Assembly: GCF_036971445.1 (NCBI RefSeq)
Contig: NC_091471.1
Coordinates: 249,054,001-249,118,000, forward strand
DNA length: 64,000 nucleotides
DNA from: Narcine bancroftii
Taxonomy: Eukaryota
Reading direction: 5' to 3'
A model generated the notes under the pieces. It was not told where the DNA came from and did no database searches. It was given only the letters and a program-made list of their open reading frames with translations. Positions 1-12,644 of the stretch are shown in pieces; within the stretch, counting starts at the first letter, position 1, and every line of letters starts with the position of its first letter. The position numbers and the translations under genes were made by a program.

Positions 1-189
1 AAGAATCTATTTCTTTGGATGGGCTGTGCTTTGAGATTATTGAAATTCTGTGTGTACTCAGCAGGATAACCCCTGTTGGGTGCAGGCCCGGAAGATCTGT
101 CACAGGGAAGACCGAGAAACTGGCAACACTCTCTGCATCCGCCAACCCTGTGGTGGCTTGAGTTTTTGAGATTTTTTTTTTTTTTACAG

Positions 190-312
190 GCATTGACGAA
201 GATTCTGAGAGCAGTGAGGAGAGTGAAGAGGAGAAGCCAACAGAAGAGAAAGAGGATGATGAGGAGGAGAAAAAATCCACAGGACCCGAGAGAAAAGAAA
301 AGAAGAAAAAAG
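190..312 (+). CDS. GTF2F1: GTF2F1 (TFIIF RAP74) internal coding exon, acidic/charged region
   Basis: ttttacag acceptor, gtgag donor, phase 1-1; (G)IDEDSESSEESEEEKPTEEKEDDEEEKKSTGPERKEKKKK resembles the RAP74 charged region. Confidence 0.88.
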
Positions 313-979
313 GTGAGGATTGAGATCTGTTTGTGCCGTGTTTCACTGGGTCCCTTGATCTAATTGTGCTGTGGAGCAGCCTTATCATTTGCTTCTTCTA
401 GTTGTCTCCCCCTTTTCTGTCATGCTCCCCACTGGGTTGCTAGAAGCCCATGATCTAGGCCCATGAACCAGCTAGTCCCTCATTTTCCTACATGCAATAA
501 CCTTGGTCCCATCTCCTGTCACTTCCCAAAATCTTCCAAGCCCCCTCTCCCTGCATGTGGCGCCTCAGGCAGTTCTGGGGAGCACTATTCCTTTCCACTG
601 TGCTTCCCTCTACACTTCTATCCCAGGGTCATGAATGTAGACATTTGTATCCTGCCCAAGACTTTCAGCTCCAAAGCTCTCTCTACAGATGGAGAGATGG
701 AGGTTTCTGCCCTGGGATTGTAACTCAGTGTCTGGTCACTTTGGGTCTTAGTGATTTTGGACACTGGAGTTGACTGAAGGAATCCATTGATGGGGGACTA
801 ATGTGGAACTCATTCATGTGAATTTGGGCACATTATTAATGTAAACTGGCAAACTATCATCTCTGACAATTGTCTGCTTGTTAGTGATTTCAGACTCTTG
901 TCAGGAGAAGCGTCCTTGGAGAAGAGTTAGTTTTTTGTTTACTGAGACCACAACACACTGCCCACTCCCTCGAAGCAGA

Positions 980-1205
980 AAGGTGGCAAGGTCAGCCTAG
1001 CAATTAGTGCAAGACGGTTACAGCACCAGCGATGGGAGCAGGGTTTTGAATCTGGTGTTGTCTGTAAGGATTTTATACATTTTCCCTGTGTCTGCATGGG
1101 TTTTCCTTGGGTGCTCTGTTTCCTCCCACCCTTCAAAACGTATCGGGATTGTGTAATTTGGCGGCATGGACTAGAAGGACCTGTTACTGTGCTGTCTGCC
1201 TAAAT
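980..1205 (+). mobile_element. tRNA-derived SINE (HE1-like family); further copies near 4510-4705(-), 6230-6450(-), 7415-7575(-), 19335-19558(-), 33545-34440(-), 38985-39190(-), 42530-42770(+), 61770-62000(-)
   Basis: Recurring head ggtggca..ttagc..gtt(c)gaatc and body tctgtaaggagtttgta..ttctcc..ttcctcccacccttcaaaac in many copies. Confidence 0.7.
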
Positions 1206-1292
1206 TTAAATGTAGAACTCACCCCCTGACTCTCAGTGTTGACCGAAACCTACCCTATGACAAGTCAAACACATCATTGGTGCTTTTTGCAG

Positions 1293-1366
1293 ACAGCAGC
1301 GAGGAGTCTGAATCATCAGACGAAAGTGACATCGAGTCCGAGGCTGCCTCTGCTCTCTTCATGCTG
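1293..1366 (+). CDS. GTF2F1: GTF2F1 coding exon
   Basis: tttttgcag/gtgag; DSSEESESSDESDIESEAASALFML matches the RAP74 SDIDSEASSALFM motif. Confidence 0.93.
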
Positions 1367-1454
1367 GTGAGTGTCTCCTCGTAGAATCCAGAGCCACTCC
1401 CCGTGGAATCTGATGGATGATTGACCTTCCTTCTGTTTCTGCTTCTGTTTGAAG

Positions 1455-1590
1455 AAAAAGAAAACTCCTCCCAAGAAAGACTGGAGAGGTTCAAACAACA
1501 GCTCACGTGGGAATAGTCGCCCTGGAACACCCACACCGCAAATCAACACCTCAAATACTCTCAGAGCAGCAGCCAGCAAACTGGAACAAG
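1455..1590 (+). CDS. GTF2F1: GTF2F1 coding exon
   Basis: follows an 88-nt intron; KKKTPPKK...SSRGNSRPGTP...TLRAAASKLEQG; gtgag donor. Confidence 0.93.
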
Positions 1591-2719
1591 GTGAGGTGGG
1601 AGATCATGGAAACAGATCTGGTGAAAGAGTACATGGTCTGGAGGGTGGCACAGGGCAGGCAAGAGACGCGATCTTATTTAAAACAACAACTCATCTAACC
1701 CTATAAACAAGTGTATGTATTTCACAAATAAAACTTAGAGTAAACCAATTTATTTATCAATACGAAAAGGTAAATTTACATCTCACCTGTAATTACACTG
1801 TCTTCATGGTTTTTACACTCCTGAGCGGTTGTGCGCTGGCCAGTCACTCCACCCCCTCCTCACCCGATGGATAGCACAACGATGATCGTTGCGGGCTCAG
1901 TTGGCCAAAACCGCTCGGTCTGCCCCCTTTTTCCTCACCGCCCCCTTGGATCTTTTCTCCGCCCCCACTTTGGGGATGACTGCTGTAGGTGCTGTGTGAC
2001 CTGCTGAGTTTCTCCCACACCTGAGTCATGTGGTACAGCAATCACAGCATCTGCAGACTTTCCTGTTTAATTGCAATGTCGAATTTTGTAATTGAAGTGC
2101 AGGACACCAGATGAGATGTGTTAAAAGTTGTCACTGTTGTGGATGTCACCAAATTACTGTTGAGCATAAATTAGGAGTATTGGCCTCTAAGGCAAAGTTG
2201 AGATCATCCTACTGGAAATCGAGAGAATGATGAGAGGGCACCTAGAATATTGTATACAGTTCGAGCGACCCTGTTTAAGGGACAATAAACTTTCAGTGGA
2301 GGAAGTAAAGATTGATTATGAGTTTTCTCTATGAGGAGAGATATTAAGCAGACTGTACTTATTCACATCTAATAAGATGCAATGTCATTGAAAAATACAA
2401 ATTACTCATTTTGCATGACAGGCTGTTGCCTCCCCACTCGGGTGATCACACACTCCATAAGAGTATGGCCCATTCTGAGCCAAGGAAAGATTTTTTTTCC
2501 ATCCAGAGGGTAGAGAATCTTCTACCCAAGGGATATCTAGAGGTTCACTGACTGAGCATTATCAAGGGAGAAATTGATAAGGTTTGTCGATATTAAAGGC
2601 ATCGAGGGGGGGATGCAGTTAATGCAGAAATATGCTGAGGTAAAAGATCAGCCATAATCTTAAATGTTGAACAATTTGTGACTACGTTCAACTTCTATTT
2701 GTTATTTCCTGATGTACCA

Positions 2720-3380
2720 ACCCCTGGTATTCAGAATTCAAGCAAATGGCAAAAAAAAAGATAAATAAATAGATAGAATTGATACAAATAAAATAATAGG
2801 TAAAACATAGGCAAGTTTAAAATTGTAAATTTCTCGGAAATAACACATAAACATTTGGTAAAGATAGGAGCAAATATTCAGCCAGTGGAGAGCCTTGGCC
2901 GTGCTTTGCTCATAGCAGCTGTTTAAATAAAGTTGTGTGAAACAGCAATGGCGTTGCCCAGGATGAAGAACTGGTCGATGCTGCTCGCCATGGGGGACTC
3001 TCTGAAAGAGTCTCCTCATCACTGCTTAGTAAGCGTCTCCCCAGTCAGAGGCTTCATCTGTAAACTTGGGGGAGGGGAGTTTAATTATCTATAATGTTAT
3101 TTTCGTCTTTTGGCTGGCTCCGTGGAGGGGGAGGAACCCGCAGATGCAGTGACGGTTAAATGACTGAAAATAAAGTAAAATGCTTTAAAGTTTATATATT
3201 CATGTAAGTGAAGTTTGTTTAGTGTAAGTACAGTATAGTATTTTTGTCTTTTAAACCGTTTATTCTTAATGCAGCTGTATTAGTTAGGCATTGTAAGTGT
3301 AAGTCTCAAGCAACCAGAAAATTCACTTATCTGGCATCTACCAATCCCCATAGGTGCCTGATATCAGGGGTTTTACTGTA
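2720..3380. mobile_element. Non-autonomous DNA transposon (Tc1/mariner/Tigger-like); related copy at ~62800-63634
   Basis: Ends aggggttttactg followed by TA; internal sequence shared with the 62800-63634 copy. Confidence 0.55.
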
Positions 3381-3839
3381 TATCGGCACTGGGTATAGTG
3401 ATCTGCAGAAGGAATGCAGAGGTTCAAACTAAAGGAATATGAAGGATACTGGGTACAGTATGGGTGGGGATTAATTCTCCAGGTGCAGGGAGGTGGTTGA
3501 AACAAGGAAGTCTGCAGATGCTGTGATTGTAGTTAGAGAAACTCAGCAGGTCCCGCAGCATCTATAGGAGGCCTTCGTCAAAATATGAGCCAAGAGCAGA
3601 CAGGTGCCTCAACAAAAAGGCAGGGGGAGGTGGGAAGAAAGGAGGAGCACAGGCCAACAGCCAAAAGGCCATAGGTGGATATAGATAGGAGGACAGGAGA
3701 GAGAGGGATGGGGGTCTAGGCTCCAGATGGGGAGGGTCCAAGTTCCAGATGAGGGGTCATGAAGATGGTTTTAAATCTGGGCATAGGATTGATTTATCTT
3801 CTGTTTTCCACCCCCCCCCCCCCACCACCTCAATCCCAG

Positions 3840-3966
3840 GGAAACGGCAGACCGGATCTGCAGAAACTCCTGTGGCCAAACGGTTGAAATTGGATGGAGG
3901 AGCACAGTCAGCGTCTGGTAAATCCACACCTCAACCGCAGTCCGGAAAATCCACGCCGAGCAGCAA
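3840..3966 (+). CDS. GTF2F1: GTF2F1 coding exon
   Basis: cccag/gtaag; GKRQTGSAETPVAKRLKLDGGAQSASGKSTPQPQSGKSTPSS; phases fit neighbouring exons. Confidence 0.93.
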
Positions 3967-4724
3967 GTAAGTGCGAGGACCCGTGGAGCGGGTCTGGGTG
4001 GGGGGGGTTCAGCCACAGGAACGAGGGGCTGCAGGGATAGGCGAGATGATAGGAGGAAACATAAAGGTGATTCTGAAATACCTGGAAGGGAGGTGGTTGG
4101 GAAGGTGAATTATTGATGAGCTGGATTTGTGGAGAGTGATGTGCTTTGGCCTGCAGTGACCTGGGCAGGATTGATCATTAAGAGGCTAATTGGCCTCCAT
4201 TTCTGGGGTGGCACTGTCGTACTGGGAGAACAGTTCTCTCATACCTCCTCCTGCCCAGGATCAATCCTCCAGTGCTGCCTGTGCAGAGTTTGAACATTCT
4301 GCCTGTGACTTGGGTACCTCTCCCCCTGACATCCCAAATCCCAAAGACATGTGGATGGGTTAATTTACTGCTTTAACTTGCCCCAATGTGTAGAAAATGG
4401 GGAGAGTTTATGGGAATGTGGCAAGACTGAAACGTTTGGTTGATGTCATTAGACTTGCTGGGCCAAAGGATGTGTTTTCGTGCTCAGTGACTCTGTAGTC
4501 ATAAATTGAAACATATAGCCTGGTTACTGGCTCACGATCCCGTGCCACCCAAATATCCCAATTAACCTCCAGCCCAGTACATTTTGAAGGGTGGGAGGAA
4601 ACCAGAGCACCCGGAGGAAGCCCATGCAGTCATGGGGGAGAACGTACAGACTCCTTACGGACAGCACCCTTGGTCACTGGCATGGTAGCAGCGTTATGCT
4701 AACCATAATCTACTCTCCCTCCAG

Positions 4725-4935
4725 TGATATCCAGCTGACGGAAGAGGCTGTACGTCGATATCTCACCCGGAAGCCAATGACCACCAAGGACCTACTGAAG
4801 AAGTTCCAGACAAAGAAAACCGGGTTAAGCAGTGAACAAACTGTAAATGTGCTGGCGCAGATCCTGAAAAAGCTAAACCCCGAGCGGAAGATGATCAACG
4901 ACAAGATGCACTTCTTCCTGAAGGAGGTCAACTAA
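4725..4935 (+). CDS. GTF2F1: GTF2F1 last coding exon, C-terminal winged-helix domain
   Basis: DIQLTEEAVRRYLTRKPMTTKDLLKKFQTKKTGLSSEQTVNVLAQILKKLNPERKMINDKMHFFLKEVN*, near-identical to the RAP74 C-terminus. Confidence 0.97.
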
Positions 4936-5357
4936 GGCCTTGGCCAGTGTGTGTATGTAGATCTCTGACCCCTAGCATATAAGGGATGATCCCAACAGTC
5001 TGTCACCTTGCATAGTTGTGGTTCATGTGTTTTTCTTTCACCCTCCTAGCCTAGCTCATTGGGTGAGGGTTGGAGGACTGGACCTGGAATGAGTTTGAGA
5101 TGCATCTAACCCGGCTGGGGGGAGGATTGGGGTGCATTTCTCAGTCATGGTTTGGGGGGTGGGGGGGTGGCACTGGTGTGAGAATTGGAAAAGTGGCCCA
5201 GAGGAGTAAGAAGCAGTGGTCTCCATGCTGGAGAGAAAACGACCTCAAGTTAGTGGAGCTCGGACTCCCTCATCCCAAACGGGCAATAAACTTTGGTCAG
5301 AATGCCCTGGAATCGCAAGAAAGGCTCTGTTCCTGAAAAGGACCATTCCTCCTAAAG

Positions 5358-5501
5358 CAGTGGTCCTCAACCTTTTTCTTTCCCCCCACTCACAATCCAC
5401 CTTAAATAATCCCTATGGCATCCTATGCCTCGGTGCTGTGCTGTGGTAAGGGGGTTACTTAAGGTGGTATGTGAGGGGGAGGAAAAGGTTGAGAACCACT
5501 G
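5358..5501. mobile_element. hAT/Charlie-type MITE in the GTF2F1 3' region
   Basis: TIRs cagtggtcctcaacc / ggttgagaaccactg; 8-bp TSD tcctaaag/tccaaaag. Confidence 0.85.
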
Positions 5502-5949
5502 TCCAAAAGGTTGGGGACCAAAATGCTTAGTTTGAAAAGTATATGTAGCATGGCCGGCAACTCCAAATTGTAGAAATGACCACAGGAAACCCCCTTCTCC
5601 CAGCCCCATTCTCCACCATCTTTCCTCTTCCCCATTACCAACACTGGCCAATCATTCTGCTGGTCCACAGGAGCTCTGTCAAAGGGAGTTGCTGGAACAA
5701 AGAAACCAGGACTGAGATCAGTGCATGTGTCAAGTGGCACCTACTGCTCAAACCGAGGCCTGGGCAAGGGGGCAGGAGTGACCCTGGGTTATGCTTGTGT
5801 TTGGTATTGTGGGCTGCTTTCTAAAGCCAGCACTGGGAGGGGTGAAGGTTGCACGAGATTCGAGTACCCTAGTGCTGCCTTGTTTGTTGTTGACACTGGA
5901 ATGGTTTGGTTGTAATGTCAGTTTGTTTCTCAGGCAGGACCATTCCTCA

Positions 5950-5955
5950 AATAAA
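5950..5955 (+). terminator. Candidate GTF2F1 poly(A) signal AATAAA (a proximal one lies near 5285)
   Basis: AATAAA ~1 kb after the stop codon. Confidence 0.5.
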
Positions 5956-8619
5956 AGAGCCGATGGTTTTCATCCCATTTGCTTCATGACTACAGTCACT
6001 GGGTCAGGTATGGCTGCCCTACTGGTGGGCAATGGGTGCAGGTGGACACAGACTCCGCAGGAAATGAAGATCAAAAAATCTGCAGATGTTGGAAATTAGA
6101 AACAAAAGCAGAAAATGTTGGATTACTTAGGATTCATTTTCCCAGAATATTCCATTTTCTGCTTCTTTCCCCCTCATCCCCCACATATTAAGTTCAGTGT
6201 CCCGGGTAGGTTAAATGTTTAATTAAATTTAAACATACAGCATGGTAACAGGTCATTTCAGACCACGAGTCCATGCTGCCCAATTTACACTCTATTAACC
6301 TAAACCCACGGAACGTTTTGAACAGTGGGAGGAAACCGGAGCACGCAGACACGAGGAGAGCATACAAACTCCTTACATCAGCACGAGATACAAACAACGG
6401 TCCCGATTGCTGTAAAGGCTTTGCATTAACTGCTACACTAATCATACCACTCACCAGCTTACCACTGAGACTTCACTGCCCAGGCGCAGGATTTTCATGT
6501 ACTGGTTAACTATCCCCATTAAGCCATTCCATCCTGAGGCAAGGTCTTGACTCCAAACACCAGCCATCCCTTTCCCTCCACAGGGGCGGCTTGACCTGCT
6601 GAGTCACTCCAACTTTGGCTCTCCACATCCTTTCACGGGTGAGCTCTTTGTTCTACACGTCCCCCTCTCTCATCTTCCCTCAGGCTATCAACCTGCTTGC
6701 ATTTCTCTCCTTTCAGTTTAGACAAGTCATCAATGCAGCATAGACATTGAGTGTGCGCTGATCATCAACACATTAATCCCATCTCTCCCACATTCCCGTT
6801 AGTTCCCCCCCCCCCCAGATATTACCACTGATCTAGACCTCAGGAGTAATTTAGTGGCTGATTAACCAACCATGTCTTTGGATGTGGGAAGGATTCAAGA
6901 TTCAATTTATTGTCATGTAATAGTGTCACACTCCACAAAGTGGCCTTTTGCCTGCTGTAAGGCAGACAGTTTCGTCAGCGGCAGAAATTGCCTGAAGCAC
7001 CTCTTACAGTCAGAGAACGAGAGAGTCTCTATCTAGTGTTTCCGAGTGTCCATGGATTCGCCTCCGGCGCTCCCGCGGTCTCCGCAGCTGCACCGAGTCC
7101 AGTCCAAGTCATCAGCAAACAGAGCTCCACATCCGAGACTATCAGGAACCCTTCAGCGCTCTCGGCCCCCTCTCACATCGCGATTCCGATACCTGGAACC
7201 CCTTCAGCCAGATTCAAGCCAGGTAGAACAAACAAGCATTCAGTATCAGATCAGGATTGCAAGGCAGCGGCTGTACTAGTTGCTCCATGGTGCCACTGGA
7301 GGGTCGCTGTTCGGAAACACTGACTTCCTTTTTTTCCCCACAGATGGTGCCCAACTTGCTGAGTTTGTTTGCAGCATTTTCCATTTTTTCCTTGGTTATT
7401 TGTGCCCCAGAATTTTACATTTAAATTTAGACAAACAGCATGTTGCCAAAATAACCTATAACCCCTGTATGTTTTGAAGGGTGGAAGGAAACAGGGAGAA
7501 TGTAGAAACACCTCACAGACAGTGCCGGGTGCTGTAAAAGCACTGTGCTAACTGCTACACTAACCATGCCGCCCCTAATTGGGGGAAAGTGATGGTCTGG
7601 GAATGGTGGCAGCATTCCCTCGTGGAGTGTTGACCTGGATTGTGCTCTAATATGTCTGAAGTGGGCTTTGCACCCACAATCTCCCGACGCGAAGATCAGA
7701 AGAATCTCCAATGGGTCACGGGCATTCATCACAGTTTATGCTTTGATGGTGTGAATCTGTGTTGATCGGCAGATGAGTTGGGGGCATGAGGTGTCGCACT
7801 GTGCTGCGAACACTGAAGACAAGTGGCGTTCACAAGCCAAAGGGTGAGCAGCCGTTTAAAATGCTTCAGATACCATCTTAATACCACAGATATGCTCTGG
7901 GTTAGTGGCTGTATTCAAGGCATTCCAGAGGCTCAGTATCACCTGGAAAGGCTGCACAACCCAAGGGTGAAGCAGCTACTAACTCACAGGGAGCTGCCTG
8001 CTGCCTGCACTGACTGGCCTGTTAATCATCCTGACTGCAGTCCACATATTTCAAAAAACAAAGAGGAATATTTTTCCAAGAATGAAATTTATTTCAGGGT
8101 TGAAAGTTTCTGGGCTGGACAGTTGCTTGTCTTTCTTTCTTAGTTTGTTCCATCGCCAGCGTTGCATTCCTGCCCTGGCAATGTTTCACATCTGGTAAAT
8201 CTCAAAACAATGCTGGCCGTCTGGCTGCATGTAACCATGCTGGGGCATGATTTCCTCTCGTTTAAAAAAAACAAAATTCTAGCAGCTTTACATGGAGTTC
8301 CATTTGTTGACGGGTGAAACCTGCTCTTCAAGGATGAACAACATACAGAAGTTGCATAGAATTTTTTTTTTTCTGACTCTTCCTCCTTAAGGAGTTCCCA
8401 CAGCTGAGTCCACAAACAGTATCGTCCTGACTCTGGTATCATGTGGTTCATGGCCACTGGCTATCTCTGGGATACCGGAATTGGTTCATGGGCACTCACT
8501 GAGTACAATTCCTGCTTCACTCATGCACACTGGAGTACAGGTTCTAGAGCCAGTGATTCTTTCTGGAATCACATCACTGATAGCACTGTGTTACGGTGAC
8601 TCTGGACTCAAATGGGCTG

Positions 8620-9015
8620 TAGAACCACAAGTCCATGGTCTCATGCACTGCCAGACTGAGACCACTCGCAATTTGGAGGAACAACACCTCGTCTTCCGAC
8701 TGGGCATCCTCCAACCAGATGGCATCAACATTAACTTTCCCAGTTTCTGTTAGACTCAACCCCCCCCCCACCACCCTTTTTTCTTCAGTTGCCATTTCTC
8801 CATCTATCTCTTCCCTCCCCTTTCCCCTCCATATCCTTTCCCAGAGCCAAAATCAATTTTCACCTCTCCAATGAACACTTTTTGTCTGTTGGTCTGGACT
8901 CCTCCCTCTCCCATTCTTCTCCCTTTATTTCCCCAGTCTTTAATTCCGATGCCTGTATTTTTTCACTCATTCCTTGAGGAAGGGCTCAGGCCTGAAACTG
9001 GCTGAGTTCCTCCAG
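8620..9015 (+). mobile_element. Penelope-like element 3' fragment (endonuclease C-terminus plus terminal repeat)
   Basis: HGLMHCQTETTRNLEEQHLVFRLGILQPDGININF, then a pyrimidine tract and a ttgaggaagggctcaggcctgaaac motif. Confidence 0.7.
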
Positions 9016-10699
9016 CATCAGGGGCATATCTAGGGTATGGCAGGCATGGCCTGTGTGCGAGGCACCACTTGAAGGAGGGCATGCCCACATCTCCATCGCT
9101 GCTGAGCGATATCCCAGGCCTGGACATACAAGGAACACATTCTTGTTCACATATCTGTTTCTTCCATGACCGGTACATTCATCCCCCTTCCTCATCCTGG
9201 CATTCACTCTCAATTATACAATGCCAAATACAAATGGCGACCATCAAGGCCAGGTCTTGCAAGACCTTCTCATCGCCATTTCTTTTGACAGCTTGGCCAC
9301 CCCTGCCATAGGTGCTATTTTGCTTCAATGCGCCGCTGTCTAACATTTCTGTGTCTTGACTACAATCACAATGTCTGCAGACTTTTATGTTTCACTGGAG
9401 TACCACAAGCATCAGCTCACTGGGGAACAGTTATATGGGCACGGACTCTCCTGGATTGAGAGCCCTGAATCTAACCACTGCACAGACAATGTCCATTGCT
9501 GAGGTCAGCTTTCATAGACCTTTGGTTAAAAGTTTCACAGACACTACAAGGTGCCACTTTACAGACATGAACGGCTTATTTTCCTCTCACACTTGACAAG
9601 GACAATAGGAAAACCAAATGAGATGTTGTGACATAAAGGTCAGAAGGAGACTTAAAGAGGTTAGAAATGGAGTGGTCTTGGGAAGGAATTCAAAACTTAA
9701 GGGCTCAAAACTGAAGACCAGGCTCCCTAAATTTCAGGTGACCAACAGATCTCCGAGCTCAAGCTAAGAATCATAAAGGTACAATGGAGAGAGTTGTGAA
9801 AGGATATGAAAACAAGATTAAAAACGCGGCGTGGTGGAGATAGGAATTGAGATACCCAGGTTGCCTGATCAGGGTGAACCTAACCCATTGATAGTACCTG
9901 AATAAAATAGGCCAGGATGGCCTGAATAGTCTTTGTGGTGCCAAAGGCCTGTGGTCAACATGAATAAATGAATGAGACATTGAGTTGGTTAAGGGCAACA
10001 GCATTCTGGATGATTTTAGATGCAACCTCAGACTTGGTTCCATGTTTCTTTGAAGGATATCAGTGTCAATGTTCTGATCACACTGGACAACACAGATTTT
10101 GCTTCCTGAATACCTTTGGGTGTATTTTCTGGATTTTAGGCTGCTGATCACAAAAATCACCTTAAAAAATTTCCTATCACGTATTGTTTTTTTAGATATA
10201 ACCTATTTTTGCAATTTCCTGTCATATTTTAAGTCTACTAGTATATTGCCTACAAAGCAAACTGTCTTGTACGGTCCAAGAATGCCTGGGCATGCGCTCA
10301 ATGCAGGTACTATGCAAATGCTGTCTTAGGCCTGGACCTGCTTCATCAGGATAGATGCAGATAGGCTATAAAAGCAGCTCATATACAGATGCTGGGCATT
10401 ACGTTGATATAGATTGAATGCAACTGATGCACATATTCTTCAGGCAATAGCCTAGTGAGTGTACTTAACAGTAGCATTTATTGTCTTCAGGAAGATTCAG
10501 TACAGCTGAAATGTCTCATCAATGTTGCAATAGCTGTTACATTTGTGGTGAGGATACTTTTAGGGCTCAAAGACACAGCATGACTGCATTTGTTAAGAAA
10601 GCCTATGAGCTCTGCTTTAGTTGTACAATTGGTGACCAAGAAAAACCCTAAGCTCCTCCCATGTGTTGAGCAACACGTGCAGTAAATCTGAGAGCATCG

Positions 10700-11260
10700 T
10701 TAGTAAAATAAAAGTGGTTGAAGAAAAAACAATGCAGGAGAAACTCAGTGGGTCAAACAGTGTCGTTTATATAGCAAAGATTTTTAAAAATATATAACCG
10801 ATGTTTCGGGCTTGAGCCCTTCATCAAGGCATGGAAAAATGTCAGCAGGCATCCAAATAAAAAGGTAAGGGGGAGGAGCATGGTAGCAAAGGCAGGAGGG
10901 GTTAGGTGGGGAAGGGAGGGAGGGCACAGCAGCAAGCAGGGGGAAGAGGGATGGCTGGGTGAATAGAAAGGTGGAGAGCTGACAGAGGGAAGAAAGGGAG
11001 GAAAGGAGAGAGCAGGTTAGAAATCAGAAAAGTCGATGTTAATGCCATCTGCCTCAATCAGAAAATCAGGTGTTCCTCCAATTTACGGCTAGTCTTTGTG
11101 GGGTAGTATATGAGGCAGTGGATAGATGTGAGTCTGGGAGACGGATGGTTGGCAACTGGGAGGTCCCTGTCACTGCTGTGGATAAGAGCAAAGGTGCTCG
11201 GTGAAGCGATCTCCCAATCTGAGCCCAGTCTCTGATGTAGAGAAGGCTACAAAGGGAGAA
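10700..11260 (-). mobile_element. Penelope-like element fragment
   Basis: Terminal-repeat motifs (ggagaaactcag..aaacag, gggcttgagcccttcatcaagg) and decayed endonuclease sequence on the minus strand. Confidence 0.6.
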
Positions 11261-11329
11261 TCATTATGTGATTAAATTCAATTACTGGTGGTTAATGTTT
11301 CTCCCACTTCCTACATGATACAGCAAATA

Positions 11330-12055
11330 GAACCATAGAACACTATAGCACAGAAACAGGCCTCTTCGGCCCTTCTAGTCTCTGCCAAACCAATTTTTTT
11401 TTGCCTAGTCCCACTGACCTGCACCCAATCCATCGCCCTCCAGACCTCTCCTATCCATGTGCCTGTCCAAATTCTTCTTAGATGTTAAAATTGAGACCAC
11501 ATTCACCACCTCAGTTGGCAGCTCTTTCCATGCCTCTGCCACTCTCTATGTGAAGAAGTTTCCCCTCATGTTCCCCCCTAAACTTTTCCCCTTTCACTCT
11601 TAACCCATATCCTCTGGTTTGTATCTCACTGACCCTCAGTGGAAAAAGTCTGTCTACATTTATTCTGCTTATCCCCCTCATAATTTTAAATACCTCTATC
11701 AAATCTCCCCTCATTCTTCTATGATTCAGGGAATAAAGAAAGTCCTAACCTGTTTAACCTTTCCCTGTTACTCAGTTACTCAGTTCTTTCTACCTTATTA
11801 ATATCTTTCCTGTAGTTAGGAGACCAAAACTGCACACAATACTCCAAATTTGGCCTCACCAATACAACTTTACCATAACATCCCAACTCCTATACTCAAT
11901 AATTTGATATATGAAGGCCAATATGCCAAAAGATCTATTTACAACCCTATCCACCTGTGACACCACTTTCATGAAATTATGTATCTGTATTCCCGGGTCC
12001 CTCTGTTCTACTACACTCCTCAGTGCCCTACCATTCACCGTGTACATCTTTTCTT
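11330..12055 (-). mobile_element. CR1 LINE 3' fragment
   Basis: MRGDLIEVFKIMRG and YTVNGRALRSVVEQRDPGIQ CR1 ORF2 motifs; ttctatgg 3' repeat. Confidence 0.85.
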
Positions 12056-12644
12056 GGAAATATAATCTGAAATTATCTATGTTTTGAAGTTGTCTATCAT
12101 AATCTCCAATTTTTTTTCAGGAAGCAAACCTTTTGGGGGCGGGGGGAATTCAGATATTGTGTAGGTGCTGTAATCATAATGGTTTGTTCATTTGTTCATT
12201 TCCCCACTTACCAACTGCCCCCTTTCCTCTTGACTGCCAGCAGAGGTATCTTCATCATTGAGTAGCCCTTTGACAGGTAAGATGGACTTGGAGGAGAGGT
12301 ATTCAAGATTGACACAGACCGCCAGGAAATGCCTTGTAGCATCTGTGTACTGATTCCAATTTGAATTCTGCCAAAGCCCAGACAGCTGGAATTCTTCAAC
12401 TATCAGAAGATTAGCTGGGATTAGGAACTGACACTGGGTGGCTGTGGAGGATTAATGGGTCTGTGTCCTTTTGAAAGCTCTTTCTAGTCAGAATCCTGAA
12501 GAACAAGGCGATTTATTTCAGCACTTCTACTGGTGCTCTGAGGGTTTGTTCAATCCGGACAAAATATGGATTTGGAGTGCTATGTATTTCAGTACAATGT
12601 AGGGCTTATAATCATGGAGGAGCAATACCATTCCCCCACTTATG

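Larger units (their letters stand above)
10081..12167 (+). mobile_element. Chapaev3-like element interrupted by Penelope-like and CR1 insertions
   Basis: 5' end cactggacaa..ttgcttcctgaa at 10081; matching family 3' end near 12060-12167. Confidence 0.5.

Noticed and set aside
76-363. 95-aa Arg/Lys-rich ORF
   Set aside because: Alternative frame across a GTF2F1 exon and its flanking introns
12241-12276. Possible 36-nt micro-exon (pyrimidine tract-cag ... cag/gtaag), perhaps a PSPN 5'UTR exon
   Set aside because: Splice-like signals only; no homology or transcript evidence
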